Shown here one piece after another: positions 23,901 through 36,948 of a stretch of 64,000 bases of DNA (position 1 is its first letter; each line of letters begins with the position of its first letter). The DNA is from Glaucostegus cemiculus. Its lineage: Eukaryota. Under the pieces are notes generated by a model. The model was given only the letters and a program-made list of their open reading frames with translations, was not told the origin of the DNA and searched no databases. The translations under genes were made by a program, and so were the position numbers. Where the stretch lies: the NCBI GenBank assembly GCA_976551045.1, contig CDPCPM010000049.1, positions 1,798,001 to 1,862,000 of the forward strand. The letters are read 5' to 3'.

Positions 23901-25079
23901 CAGTGCTGCAGTGCTGGAAGCAGCAGCAGTCAGTGGTCAAGGAAGGACCTCTGAGCAACAATGAAATAAAAGGCATTCCCTTTCTGTGATAGAGGTCAGC
24001 AGAGAAAAATAGGGTGGATGGAACTCCCTAAACCCTTCAAAATCTCTTGGACTTGGCAATCAAGACCTCAGTTTCCCATTTCTAGGCGCAAGAACCTACT
24101 TTTCGAAGTGGAAAAGGAAGAAACCTTTTCACTCTCCGAGACAGAAGTTGTTCTACTGCACATTTACAAATAAGGACAAATTTCTACCAAAGACACAAAA
24201 AAGTTTCATTACTCAGCAACGACATCCTGCACTGGGTAGAGTTTGAGGCTGGTACAAGATAAAATTCCAGAGCAGTCCGGAAATAAAATTTTCAGCATTA
24301 TTGGGGAGTTCATCATCTATTTTTTTCAGGATGGCCCTAATCATTTACTCTTTAAACGTCGAACGCTAAGTACAAGTGTTCTCAATGGTGTCCTTGTTCT
24401 TCCAATCTGTTGCTTGCCAAAAGAAATACAAGTTAACATTTATGTGCATTCGAGAAACAATGGCAGTATTCATTGGAAATGTTCTTCCTAATAGGATAAA
24501 CTCAATAGCTATGGAAGTTACTGTGTGGACTTAGACCTGCTCTTATAGATCCTGCTGAGAGAGTACCATGTCCATGCTGCCCGTGGCAGGAAGGAAAGTA
24601 GCCCTGAGAGTTTTGGAAAGAACAGAAATTCATAGTATTCAGGAAAAACCCTTCCTCTCACCAACCCTCCCCCACTCCCTCCACCTGACACCCCTGTTGT
24701 TTTGGTTAAAAGGAAACTCAAATTTATGAAAGACTGCATTTAGAAGGTTTAATTAAATGTGTTGCCACCCTAAGAGACCAGAGCCCTAATGTGTGAAAGG
24801 ACAGGAAATTCAGAAAGATAAGCACTGTCAAGAGAGGCTAATGCAGCCCACCCTTCCAAACCTACCATTGGCCCATCATCCTGCCTGTCACTTGAACATC
24901 ATCAGAGCTTTTTCCCTTAATTGTGACAAAGGTTATTCCGGTATTAATAATTCATTTTGTGGTGAAGTGTCCCTGAACAGTTACCCTTTAGCAAATTGTT
25001 CCGACCTTGTCATTTTTTGCTGCAGTGGTCTGTCAAGTTGAACTTTATGTGTCGCATCAAATTGGTATTTGAAATATAC

Positions 25080-25320
25080 AGGCATGATAGTGTAGCGGTT
25101 AACATAACACTATTACAGCGCCGGCGACCCAGGCTCCATTCCGGCTGCTCTGTCTAAGGAGTTTGTACGTTTTCCCCATGACTGTGTGGGTTTCCTCCGG
25201 GTGCTCCAGCTTCCTCCCACATTCCAAAGATGTACGGGTTAGGAAGTTGTGGACATGCTATGTTGGCGCCAGAAGCATGGCAGCACTTGGTGGGCTACGC
25301 CCAGAACACTCTAATACCTA
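25080..25320 (+). mobile_element. V-SINE, 3'-truncated
   Basis: Head, V-domain and GGAAGTTGTGGACATGCTATGTTGGCGCC segment match 8594-8875. Confidence 0.85.
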
Positions 25321-27692
25321 ATACATGCTCTGAGTGTCCCTCACCATTTATAACTTATTGACTTTGGTCAGTGTCAAGTCCACAACTTGGCTCTTTCTGT
25401 GTAAAGCCTTATTCATGGAAGAAATATCTTGTTCAGTTCTGCTCACATTTCCCTGGAATGGGCTCATGGTGAGAACATTGGAAGCCTATCATTATGACCA
25501 CCTCTGGTTCTGACTGTATTTGCTGCAAATTGTAAGACAACAAGAAATATTGTTTACATTCTATTTATTTTTGCACGCCATAAAAAAAAACCCACAAGGG
25601 ATATTGAGCTCGTCTGATTTGATCACAGGCTTGTATTACAGCATCTGTCAAATAGTAAAAGTGAAATCTTCTGTCATGTGGTCTGGAGTACTCCTTTATA
25701 TTGTATAGCAATGCCTAGAGGGGGGGAAAGACTCCAAAGAAAACCCATGATCTTTGGGTGAAAGAGATGTCGAAACATTATGGAAACAGTGTGATTACAT
25801 CTCTCAGGTAATTTGATAAGGTAGATAAAGAGAAGCTATTTCTCCTGGTGAGGAATTTGGGAAAAGTCTTACAGTTAAAGCTGAAGTATTTGGAGTAAAA
25901 TGCAGAAATGCAACATGAAAATGGGAGTCCAGAGAGCAAAAGGTTGTGAATGCTGGATCAGGATTGTAAGGATTCAGGGAGGAGCCAGGTGGCCCACTCC
26001 AGGGTCAATCACCCAACCAATGCCTGACCAGTAGCACTGCACCTCATGGAACTGTGCAAATTGTGCCAAGACAACCATTTGTTTTATTTGTAAATTATTC
26101 AGACGCCTTTTACGTTCCTATTGAACCAGGGGAACAGGACAGTAATAATTCTACATATTTGCCAACGTGGTCTTCTGTAGAAATTCAGAACTCTTGTTGA
26201 GTTCAGCCAAAATTAGAATTTTGTTTCCACAAGCAACTACACTGCATCATGTAAAATACAATGGCCCAGAATTTGAAGCCAGCAGCAAACCAGCTGCTAC
26301 TGGCCCAACGCCCACATGGTAGATGAGGCAAGTCTGTCCTCAAGTTGGGGTTTCCTGCATGTACATCTTGTCATATGTGGAAACCAAAACAAGCCCTGCT
26401 CATGAAAATGCCTTGTTCTCTAAGCTACAGCCAGCTGTCAAAGATATTAAAACCTTTGAATGTTTCTGAATAAATTTGACATTCTGAAAATTTAAAACAT
26501 TGTAACTATTGAAATTTAAAAATGAAAACTTGAAAGAGTATTAAAAAGCAAAACAGCAGTACATAAAGCAATTAAAGATGGCTAGATAAGCTAAAATAAT
26601 TTGAAAATGTATAAATTAATAGTCACTTTGATTTGAGTCTTCCACAGTCAATCTTCAAGTATGCAATGACATTGGTCCAGCACCAAACCTGAGCTGACAA
26701 AGAGGATTCCCCACAGTCAGTGGAGGGGTATCATAGTGTTCAGTCTTCACTGGGAGTCCATTAGGAGTCCAGCAGTCAGACAGCTGCCAGGGAGTATACA
26801 ACTTCTCCATTCATATGAGAACTGCAAACCTGCTCACTTTACCTGACTACATTTCCCAGAGAATTCAGGCCATTATATTTCCTGCTGCTGTCATGTATGA
26901 ACATTTGAAGCTGCAGAGTCTCACTTGATAAACAGAATGCATGACTGTTACAACCCAGAAACAAGCCAATAAGTTTAAAGTGTTTACTTCAATGTTCATG
27001 CTCACAGAAGCTTTCTTCCTTTCATTCATGTCAGCAGCATAACTTCCTAGTCATTTTTCCTTCACATATTTATACAGATTCTGCTTCAATGTCTGTGCTA
27101 TTTCTCTCAGCTACTCCATGTGGTGTCACGTCCATGTTCTAACCACAGTCTGGGTAAAGCAGATCCTCCCAATTTCCATACTGGACTTTAATTGTGATGC
27201 CTAGTCTGACTTACTCCACAAAAGAAAACCTCCTCCATTAAGTCACTCATAGTCTTGCTCCATTAATAATTCCTCTGTACTGGTGTCCAATGTAATTCTC
27301 TCCTGCACTTCCTCCATTGTCTCTATCCTTTTCTCTGAAGTGAAGCCAGCATTCAAAGTTAGTGTTTCCAAGATTCTATTCAACCTTGATGTAATCTTGC
27401 TGTCTTTCAGTTCCATGACTGGATTAGTTCATGCACTGGTCAGTTAAAGAGCTGCAGACAGTACAGCTCAGGTCTCTTCTGCTGCTGGAGAGGTTGTTTG
27501 TACGTCACAACTTATTTCCTAGTAGCGGACAGGCCTCTGCTTCAGATGGTGTGCAATGACATGATGTGATTGATATAAAGATTGCAAAATTTTTAAAGTG
27601 TTTATATCTGATCTGTATTAAGGTTGAAATGCAAGAATTTTTTTTTCCTTGAAACATTCAGTTCACTTTTTTTCTTCTTCTTTAACCCTCAG

Positions 27693-27775
27693 GTCCAGGA
27701 GTCACTGTGCAGATCTCCTACATCTTGCTTAGTTTTGGCCTGATGCTTGGTGCCATCAATTGCCTAGAGCTGTGA
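27693..27775 (+). CDS. Probable terminal coding exon of a GPI-anchored protein, contactin-1/2-like C-terminus
   Basis: Strong acceptor (TTTTTTTCTTCTTCTTTAACCCTCAG, AG at 27691-27692). Phase-1 frame gives (G)PGVTVQISYILLSFGLMLGAINCLEL*: small residues then a hydrophobic tail, like a GPI signal. It resembles recalled CNTN1 (GAPTLSPSLLGLLLPAFGILVYLEF) and CNTN2 (…ILIGSLEL) ends. No upstream exon was found in the window. Confidence 0.5.
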
Positions 27776-28558
27776 TTGTAGCCAACGTTATCTCCTCTTT
27801 ACATCGGTAAAGAGCACTCCGTGAGGTGACTGAATCGTCTCAAGCCTGTAAAGATCTTTGCTCGCTGCAGACATCTCTGGTACCATCAAAAGCCAAATAT
27901 AGTATGAATTTGAAAGACTTATTGTATACTTCTAGAGGACAGAAGGCATCAAGGAACTTTATCCCATCCACCACCCACCTTGCCCTCCCACCCCCATTAA
28001 ATACCAAGTAAACATAACATTGGAAGTGAATCAAAGGAATTCTTTTGACATGTTCCAATATGCCTTATATAAACACTTACACTGATCTATGGCAGTTGCA
28101 TGATTTGATCTAATGGTGCAAGTTACCAGTGACAGAATACCATAGCTTAGAGTTTGAGGAAAAGAATTGAAATCACCACACATAGGTGCTTTAACATTTA
28201 ACAAAAAACAGTTAAGTAAACCAGAAATGAATGCATTGGTTGTTTTAAAAGTGAATGGAAGGTTAACCTTGTCATGTACTGTGTCTGTATGCAGCACTGT
28301 TCCTTAGAGTTGACCGCAGCCAATCTCCCATGAATGAGAACCTTCTTTTCCGAGAAACAGTCATAACAAATACAATAGATTGCAGGTTTATGGTTATCAG
28401 GCCATATTTTCCTTTCGAGAAGTGCACACTCTGGGTGTTTGAAATCAGCTGCACCTTTTAGTTGCCATGATATGCATGCTGACATTGAGATATCCTACAG
28501 TCTTGCTCCTATGTAGGATGACTTCTTACACGAAGCCAGACCCTGTAATCAGAAAATA

Positions 28559-28564
28559 GAATAA
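28559..28564 (+). promoter_or_regulatory. Candidate polyadenylation signal for the predicted terminal exon
   Basis: First AATAAA noticed after the stop, at the end of about 0.8 kb of TE-free UTR-like sequence, with U/GU-rich sequence downstream. An ATTAAA variant occurs earlier near 27996. Confidence 0.25.
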
Positions 28565-28770
28565 ACACATTTATACTCATTTACCAATTTGTTTAACTTG
28601 TGTGTAGATTTATACTGTGAAAGTAACATTCCAACATAAATCTTAAAATGTAAATTTATATTGTTTGTTAACCACTCTTCTTTGAAAATCAGATGGAACT
28701 CCACTTTGTTTATATATTTCAGCAAGCTGTCCTTGCCTTCTTTGACCAACATTAGATTAACTGGTTGATT

Positions 28771-28935
28771 ACACTCAGCAGGTCAGGCAGAATGTGTGGA
28801 AAGAGAAACCAGGGGTCTCTGACATGAAACGCTAACTCTGTTTCTCTTTCTGTAGGTGCTGCCTGACACAATGAGTGTTTCCAGCGTTCTTCATTTTTTT
28901 TAATTTCAGGTTTCTAGCATCTGCAGTTTATTTGA
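28771..28935. mobile_element. Penelope-type fold-back element
   Basis: ACACTCAGCAGGTCAGGCAG…GGAAAGAGAAAC is inverted against GTTTCTCTTTCTGTAGGTGCTGCCTGAC…GAGTGT. The loop retains GAAACGCTAAC. Confidence 0.75.
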
Positions 28936-30224
28936 TTCACACTAATTGGTTGACTGCCTATTGTGTCTCTTGTGTCTCCACCTGCCTATTGTTGATTGCA
29001 GGACTTTCCTTCCTGCACTGAATCCTCAGATGCCAGGTTTTCATGAAATAATTCCCTTTTTAAAAACTCATATTCTGACTTGTTTTATAGCTCTATCCCA
29101 GCTGCCCTATTCCGTGACCAGCAGCAAGTGAGCCAGACATTGTCCCTTTACTGTTTGTGGGAGTTTGCTGTTCATAAACTCTTGCCATTCTTTTCTGACT
29201 GAAAAACAACCATTCAGAGGCAACTGATATTACAGGAAGCACTTTGAAACAGTTTTGAGAGACAAGCTGGCAAGCAGCAAGGATCTCCTCAAACTTGAGG
29301 AAGCTCGTAGAACTTTAATACATTCCAGACATCGGACCAAAAATCTTTCCACACTGTAGAAACTTGTAGGATTTTGGGGATGGGTACCACAATGGTTACT
29401 TTTTCTGCTTGAATGTCTTAACGTTTTATGTTGTGTTGGCTGGTGAGTTTCTCCAATCTAACTTGTTAAACATTTTTAACTTGTTATTCAGTCAATCTAT
29501 TTACTTGCTTTTGCCATCTCTTCACTTAAAGTTGCTTCTTTTCAATCGCAGTTTGTCCTCTTCCTTTTTGATGAACTTGGCATCCTCCTCGTGTTGTGAT
29601 AATGCCCAGTTCCCAGGTTACTCCTGAGGAATTACTGTAAGGGTCTGAAAGAATGTCCTTGTTCACATAGTTTGATCTTACCTTCAATCAAGTGTTGTGA
29701 AACCTGTTGATCCAATAGGTTTTTGCAAGCAATTGCAAGTTCTCTACTGGCATTCTGGTTCAATAAACAGATGTGGTAGCCTGAGACATTAACAAAAAAG
29801 ACCTTAAGGCCCTTTGTGCCTGTGCTAGCTCTTTGAAAAATGATATCACATCATCCATTCGCCACTTTTTCTCCAAAGCTTTGCAAATTCCTTCTTTTCA
29901 GTTACATATCCTATTCATTGCAATTGAATTTACTTCCACCACCATTTCAGGAAGATTATTCTGCAACATAACAATTCATTGGATTAAGAAAAATCCCCTC
30001 AAATTCCCTAATTTTTGATCTGTAGTTGGAGAGAGTAGGTGCTTTAGCATTGGTTAATAAATCCCATAAATCAAGCATCGTCAGAGCACTGAAGGTGAAG
30101 GAAAGAATGCCCCCTGTAACGTCAAAAAGTTGGTAAGTCCATGCTTCATGAGGGACATTACAGATCAGCAAGTTCTTGATGATTAGATAGCCCAGAATCT
30201 CTCGTGCAGAGATCATTACTTCTT

Positions 30225-30528
30225 GTTTCCAGAGGCATGGAGGATATTTCCTTGAAGGAGTCCAGTGACAGGGGATATAGTTTGAGAATAAGGACTGAGA
30301 AGACAGTTCTTTACTCAGAGGATGGTGAACCTTGGAACCCTCTACCCTGGAGGACTGTGGAAGCTCAGTCATTGTGTTGACTCAGAACAGAAGTCAATGG
30401 ATTTATGAGCATTAAGGGATATCCTGGATATTGGGGCTGAAGTTAAAGATCAGATATGATCTTGACAAATGGCAGAACGTTGTGAAAGGCCGAATGGCCT
30501 ACTCCTGCTCTTATTTCTTATGTTCTTC
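30225..30528 (+). mobile_element. CR1 3' fragment
   Basis: FFTQRMVNLGTLYP remnant and 3'UTR GGCCGAATGGCCTACTCCTGCTCTTATTTCTTATGTTCTT. Confidence 0.75.
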
Positions 30529-33430
30529 TGATGAACTTGGTATCCAGATAAACTTTAGTGAAACCCTTTAGTGCCCAATCAATGGATGCTTCGCACATCG
30601 GTTTATGATGAAACAGCACATGGTAACATGTCGAATTCATTGTTGAATGAAATATCTTTTGATCTAAATAAGCAGAAATGTATCTATCTTGGAAAAGTAA
30701 CATTGCATGAAGGTGGATTCATTTGATTGGAACTGCAGAGGAGATCACAAATAATTCCAGAAATGTATGGGATTGTCCAATGTAGTGATATTGGTCTGAG
30801 AACAAAAGGATTTGCATTGAGAAACACAGATCATCGTACAGGGTTTCAATGCCAGCATGTTCATAACTAAATTTTGCAGCACTCACGCATTTTAAATGCT
30901 ACTGTCTGTAAACACAACGGTTACATCAAACACCTAAAGTCGAGCACAACCTCCAGTTGGTGTAGAAAGTGCTGCAGCAGCTGCCAAAACGCCTGAAAAT
31001 AGCTAACGCTTTTGTCTATAAAAATTTCAGTGTTACATGTTGGTGCTGTGTGAGGAATTTAAAGTCCATTTATGATTCACTTGTCAATTAGGATTGAATG
31101 TGTGATTTTGCAGGTAACGCAAATGGTGTTGAATCAGCGGGTTAAAATATTAGTGCAATCTCATGCTTTATAACAGAGTAATAGCTTTTGAATGAAACTT
31201 AGCACAATCTTGCTAGATAGAGGTAGATTCTTCTCATAGATTTCATGCTCTCTTCAAGCTTTGTCAGTAATGATGCAGAACTAGGCATTAAGGTATGTTA
31301 TATGTGATTTCAGTAGTTTTAGTAATGATGGATTTTTTGCACTATGTCATTTTTAATATAAACTAAATGAGTTATTCTTATTTCAGTTACTTCATAGTAC
31401 AATCAACCAGATTTATTTTCTGTAGGTTCATTTGTCAGATGAGATGTCTGTTCATCTTTAATTCAAATGTTTCTTGATCAAATTCGTTTGTTACAGCTGA
31501 TTTCTGAACATATAAATAAATCAGAAGGGTTTCCTAAAAGTTATTTTTCCCTGTTGATTTGCTGGTTGTTTTTGATAATCAGTTGTGAAAGAATTGTGCC
31601 TCGTTTTTAACTACATGAATGATTGGCTTGATTTCCACCAACCCCAGTCCATGCCCTTTTTTCATTAAAACTGTTAAATATACAATGTCGAACTCGACTC
31701 AGTTTTGTGGTGGGGTACAAACATGATGCATTCATCTGAAATACCTCTGTCCACTAATTTAAAGGACTTCTTACAAATGATGAAACTCTGAAGTGTTTGT
31801 CCACTGTCTTCCCAGTTACAGCTTAATGCTATACTAAACAATTGCATGATGAAACATATATGTTAATTTGAGGAGTGAGCATACTCTGCTAAATGATCAA
31901 ACAACGAAATAGTTACAATTACAGTTGCAATGTTACCCCACAAGCTAATCTCAAAGGTGTTAGTTACATTCTAATTCAGTTGAGACTTCCTGCCCAGATT
32001 CTTTCATAATACTCAGATTGACCTGATGATATTACCAAAATGTACAAATTCCACAGATGCTGCCTAACCAGCTGAGTGTTTCCAGTGTTTTCTGTTTTTA
32101 TTTAACATTTCTAGTATCTGCAGTGTTTTGATTTTCAAATGGCTTTAACTGTTGAAATAAACTATATTCAGACCGGAAGTGGTATGTAACATTGTGCATG
32201 GGATTACAGTGAAATGCAAAAAAAAGGTTCTTTTTACACCCTCTTTTATTAAACTGAGAGTGCTCTAATTCCTACAATTGGGAGCACAAACTGCCATTTT
32301 TTTTACCAACTGATGTATGGTTTTATGGGATCATTAATTCATACAGGTATTGTAGATTAAATAAACATTAGCTCTCTGCTGATTTATCATACCTGTTCTG
32401 GTATCAACTAATCACTGGTACTGATGTGTAACCACTATTCTCAATTAAAGTTTATATAGACTATAAACACTGGCTAGTGTTTTTGTGAATTATATGGCTC
32501 ACTTGGTCAAGCGTTCTGGTTTGACATTCTCATGGTTTTTACTTAGCTGTGTTCCTTGTGGATTTTCAGTGTGAAATCATGGCAGTTTTATTTGGATAAT
32601 GTGTTGTCATGGCTACAGAAAATCAACTCTCAGTGGCAACACTATATATCCATGTATATCCAACAGCACTTAAATTTTCAAAAGATTTGAGTAATGTCTC
32701 TTGGATGTATTCTGAAGTAAGAGCATCCATCCTATCATCCTTCCAGAAATTGTGGACCTTCATCTGAGCACCAGTCCACTGAGCCGTGGTACAAAACCAG
32801 TTGTCGAAGATACACAGACGTACAGGAAGCAACCAGTAGGAGTGGTCTACAGTCTTGGCTGAACATGTTATTTTTAGTTGCTCACATTTCACAAGCAAAC
32901 CACTGAGCAGCACCTTCAGAGACAGAGACTTTCCAACCATTCTGTCCCTAAAGGAAGTTTCAGTTAGCGATTTAAAACAAAGTAGACAACTAGGATCTAT
33001 TAAGTACATAACTTTATTCGTGGCAGTGTGTTACATCTTCTACAAATACTTGCAATGCTTTAACTGCCACAGTAAATCTCTGATTGCACCCTTGAGACTT
33101 TGGTAGTGCCAGCCTAGCAGATTCTCCTGACTAGATGGATGTTACCTATTAATATCCAAACACACTCCTATTTTGCTTTTTTAACATGTTACACAGTAAC
33201 ATAACACGTTTTCCAATGAACTGTGTGTTTAAAGGGAATGGGAAATATGTAAGCACTTGGGACCCAGGCTCAGGCCACAAACCTATCCCTTTCCTGATCC
33301 TGGTAAACAGGCTCCAGCCACACACCCATCCCAGAGTCTGGATCCCATCCCTGGCCGCACTACAGACACACAGCTCCTTCCACACACCCTGATCGCGCAT
33401 TCCAGATATTCCCGATAATGCACTAGTCTA

Positions 33431-33678
33431 ATGGTATTGGTATTGGTTTATTATAGTCACTAGTACCCAGGTACAGTGAAAAATTTGTCTAGCATACTGA
33501 TCGTACAGGTCAATTCATTACACAGTGCAGTTACATTGAGTTAGTACAGAGTGCACTGATGTAGTACAGGTAATAACAGTAACAGTACAGAGTAAAGTGT
33601 CACAGCTACAGAGAAAGTGCAGTGCAATGAGGTGCAAGGTCACAACAAGGTAGATTGTGAGGTCAGAGTCCATCTCAC
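33431..33678 (-). mobile_element. Rex1/Babar 3'UTR fragment
   Basis: Its reverse complement closely matches 2710-2935. Confidence 0.85.
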
Positions 33679-34535
33679 GTTGTTTCCTTTTGGGTCCGGG
33701 AGTTGGGTCCGCTTCACAGTCGTTCCTGGAGGTTGGAAGGTCACCAGCCCTGTAAGAAGATTTAAAAGAACATTATTATTAATAGTAAGTGACATAGAAT
33801 TTAAATTTAAAAGTGTAGAACAATTGTAGTAAGATGATTGAGTAGGTCTATAGAGAGCAACTTGCAACGAGTCACCACACTCCGGTGCCATCCTGTTGTC
33901 AAACCATCAGGATTTCTGAACAATCGGATGCCTGATTACCAGAGCTTTTCCTGCATTACGTAGCACTTTAGGCTCTTATACTTTCAAATCACTTAAACTA
34001 TTCCGCTCTCAGATCCCTTACTTAACTGACATTGTCCCAGAGTTCCACAGAGAGTCAATTAGGGCAAAACAAATTGTTGATTGACCAGATTGACTCCACC
34101 TGTGTCTGCCATTCCACCTGCCGCTGACCACGGCAGTCGTTATCCTCATTGTCCACCAGGTGGAACCTGCCCAGCTACATAACGAGTTCCAGATTACCCA
34201 CCTGTCGCCTTCTGACAGACTGGCCATCATTGCCATGTTTCTTCACTGTTACACGTGGGCCTAGGCTGTCAGCTTCCAGTGTGAACAGTCTGTCAATGCA
34301 AAGTCCACGGCCAGGTTTCCTTGTGAACTATCCTTCAAGCAGGTTCTGCAGTCTTTTTGAGCTGTACTTTTTACCCTGAACGTTCTTTTCGGTTATCTTG
34401 GGAACAGGATGCAGGAGGAATATTCCACACACTGGAATCAAGCAGAAGGAAAATAAGAATGGCATTGAAATGACTGGTGTAAAGGACAGGCTCTGAGGTC
34501 CACTTCTGGACTTGGATAATCCAGATTATATTTTC

Positions 34536-34945
34536 TGTCATGATTCTGAGTACTGGCCCTTGATTTGGTTCCTTAGATGCCTCATTGTATCAGCCCGTGG
34601 ATTCCATGCTGGACTGATCGCACAATGACACACACCTGAGCCCCATCAGGGGCCTAGTATAAGTACCTGGGTTTCTGCAGCACTAGTTGCCAGAGGATTG
34701 GTCAACCTTTGGGTATACTTTGGCTCCTAGCTGTTTAGAGTGGTCTACCCTAGAGCAGTCCTGCATTCTCTATTCCTGTTTGAAAATTCAGTTTGTGTTG
34801 GGATTACTACTCCGATCTCCAAGGCAAGATTTCCTTCCAGTTGCTGCCTGTGTTTGGTCCCGAGGAAGTATCCTGACTCCAGTCTTGTACCAGTGTGCTG
34901 AATTTGGGTTCTCTGTGAGCTTGCTCTTCAATCAACATTATGACA
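34536..34945 (+). mobile_element. Solo LTR (about 410 bp) of an LTR retrotransposon
   Basis: Termini TGTCAT…ATGACA (TG…CA, 6-bp inverted), flanked by the direct repeat TTTTC (34531-34535, 34946-34950). Internal TATA-like TATAAG near 34658. Confidence 0.75.
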
Positions 34946-35129
34946 TTTTCTACAAAAAAATATCGGATAAGTTCTCAGATCCCATACAACATCTGTTGAG
35001 AGAGTTGATATTTTGGGTCATTAGATGATCTTCCCACAAGTGAGTTGGAGTGTGCACTCCTTGAGTAAGTACCATCTCTAGTCTGTGGTTAGGAAATGTC
35101 ACTGTCCAATGTTAATCTATTTTCTCTCC

Positions 35130-35130
35130 G

Positions 35131-35161
<31 letters not shown>

Positions 35162-35177
35162 GCCTCCCTCTCTCTCT
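35130..35177. repeat. (CT)n microsatellite
   Basis: Direct reading of CTCTCT… with minor interruptions. Confidence 0.95.
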
Positions 35178-35989
35178 TAAATGGGGAATATTACTGTTCT
35201 ATAGTGACTAATATATATGGTTTACCTATGATTGATAATTGGGTTAAGTTAGACAATATCATTTGTCTACAGTTAGGTAGTGTGTATAGTCAGTTTATCA
35301 TGTACAGTGAAACTGTCCTTTATGTCTTAAAGTATGTCTTTTCCATTTGGATTGTTTGCCACGATACATGGAATCTCTGTGAAAGTTAAGGTTAGATGTG
35401 CATGGAGTCAACATGTGTGGTAATCATTGACCTTGATGCTGCCTTGACGATCTCTGGCCTGTTTGGGATATGTATTTGACTGTTTCTCCACACAAATGGT
35501 GAAGAAGTTCTAAGCAACTGGTTATTAATGTCAGAAATAATCGGGACAAATGATGATCACCTGAAAAGCATCAGTGTATCTGGTCCAAGAAAATTAATGT
35601 TCAACACTTGATCAGCTTACACTTAAACAGCCAGAACAGTGTTGTGGTAAATGGACAATACGTAGGAGCATCCTGTGTTCACTTTATTAGAAATCTTGAG
35701 CAAATCAACTCAACAGATGTCCAAGAGCATAGACATTGCCTTGTGTTTTAATTCCACAGCTGCTGTGAGTTGTGTTTTTGGATTGTGCCCAGTACTTTAA
35801 GCAGGAGAGCCATTTGCTTCATCACAAATAAGAGGATGTAACTGCACTCAAGGGGATTGTCAGCAATGTCAGAGTCAGCCTCTCCAGCATTTTAGAAAGT
35901 TCTGATCATGATTGTGATCACTATCATTGTGCTTAAGGGGATGAGAGTCCAGAGAATTTACTTGTTGGCAACATTTTAATGTATGTGAG

Positions 35990-36240
35990 CCAGACCAGTT
36001 CTGTTCAGTGTCAGTCTAGACTCGTATCTCTGAGGCAGAAAGCTGTTGGTTGTTGGTTCAAGCCTCATGGTTGGATTTGAAAGCCTAATCTAGGCTAATA
36101 CTTCACCATAATGCTGCTTTAGAGGTGTAATCTTTCAGATGAGGTTTCAACCAGAGTCCTTTCTATCTATTTTGATGAAGTGGAAGATTTTTATCCTGAG
36201 GAGACTGAGTTCTGCAAGGAGTCTAATTTTCACCCCTCAA
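35990..36240 (+). mobile_element. Decayed Deu-domain SINE (SacSINE1/AmnSINE-like)
   Basis: tRNA-like GGTTCAAGCC, then GAGGTGTAATCTTTCAGATGAGGTTTCAACCAGAG resembling the Deu core. Confidence 0.5.
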
Positions 36241-36342
36241 CTATAGCACTAAAAGCAGTTTAACAAGTCTTGTACCTCACCTAAGATCTGTCCACAGAAT
36301 GGCTCTAGATTACAGAGATCATATTTCAAATCTACTATATTA

Positions 36343-36580
36343 CGGCACGATAGCGTAGCAGTTAGCACAATGCTGTTACAGCACCAGCGATCAGGGTTCA
36401 ATTCCCTTCGCTGACTAAGGAGTTTGTACATTCTCCCGTGTCTGCGTGGGTTTCCTCCGGGTGCTCCGGTTTCCTCCCACATTCTAAAAGACATACGGGT
36501 AGGTTAATTTGGGTGTTTAAAATGGGCAGCGCAGACTCGTTGAGCCGAAAGGGCCTGTTACCACGCTGTAAATAAATTTA
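36343..36580 (+). mobile_element. V-SINE with CR1-type tail
   Basis: Head as in 8594, V-domain CTCCCGTGTCTGCGTGGGTTTCCTCCGGGTGCTCCGG, tail GAGCCGAAAGGGCCTGTTACCACGCTGTAAATAAA. Confidence 0.85.
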
Positions 36581-36609
36581 AAAAGACATTGGCTATGAAG
36601 ATCTTGAGA

Positions 36610-36948
36610 GTCACAAAGTAATAAAGCATGGAAGCTTACCCTTAGGCCTACCAAGTCCATTCCAACCATCATGCACCAATTTACACTAATCCTACACTCA
36701 TCCCATTTTATTCTTCTCACATTTCCATCAACTCCCACAGCCACACACTATGGAATTTTACAGGGCCAATTATCCTACCAACCTGAATGTCTTTGTGAGG
36801 TGGGAAGAAATCAGGGCACTTGGGGAAACCCACACACTCACAGGGACAATGTGCAAACTCGATTGAGACAGCACCAAAGGCCAGGATTGAACCTGGGCCA
36901 CTGGAGCTGTGAGACAGCAGCACTACCCGCTCACCACTGTGCCGTGCC
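36610..36948 (-). mobile_element. V-SINE with CR1-type tail
   Basis: Same architecture as 5440-5785. Lies tail-to-tail with the 36343-36580 copy. Confidence 0.8.

Noticed and set aside
32623-33009. 128-aa minus-strand ORF
   Set aside because: No recognisable domain or splice context, and its length is compatible with chance.
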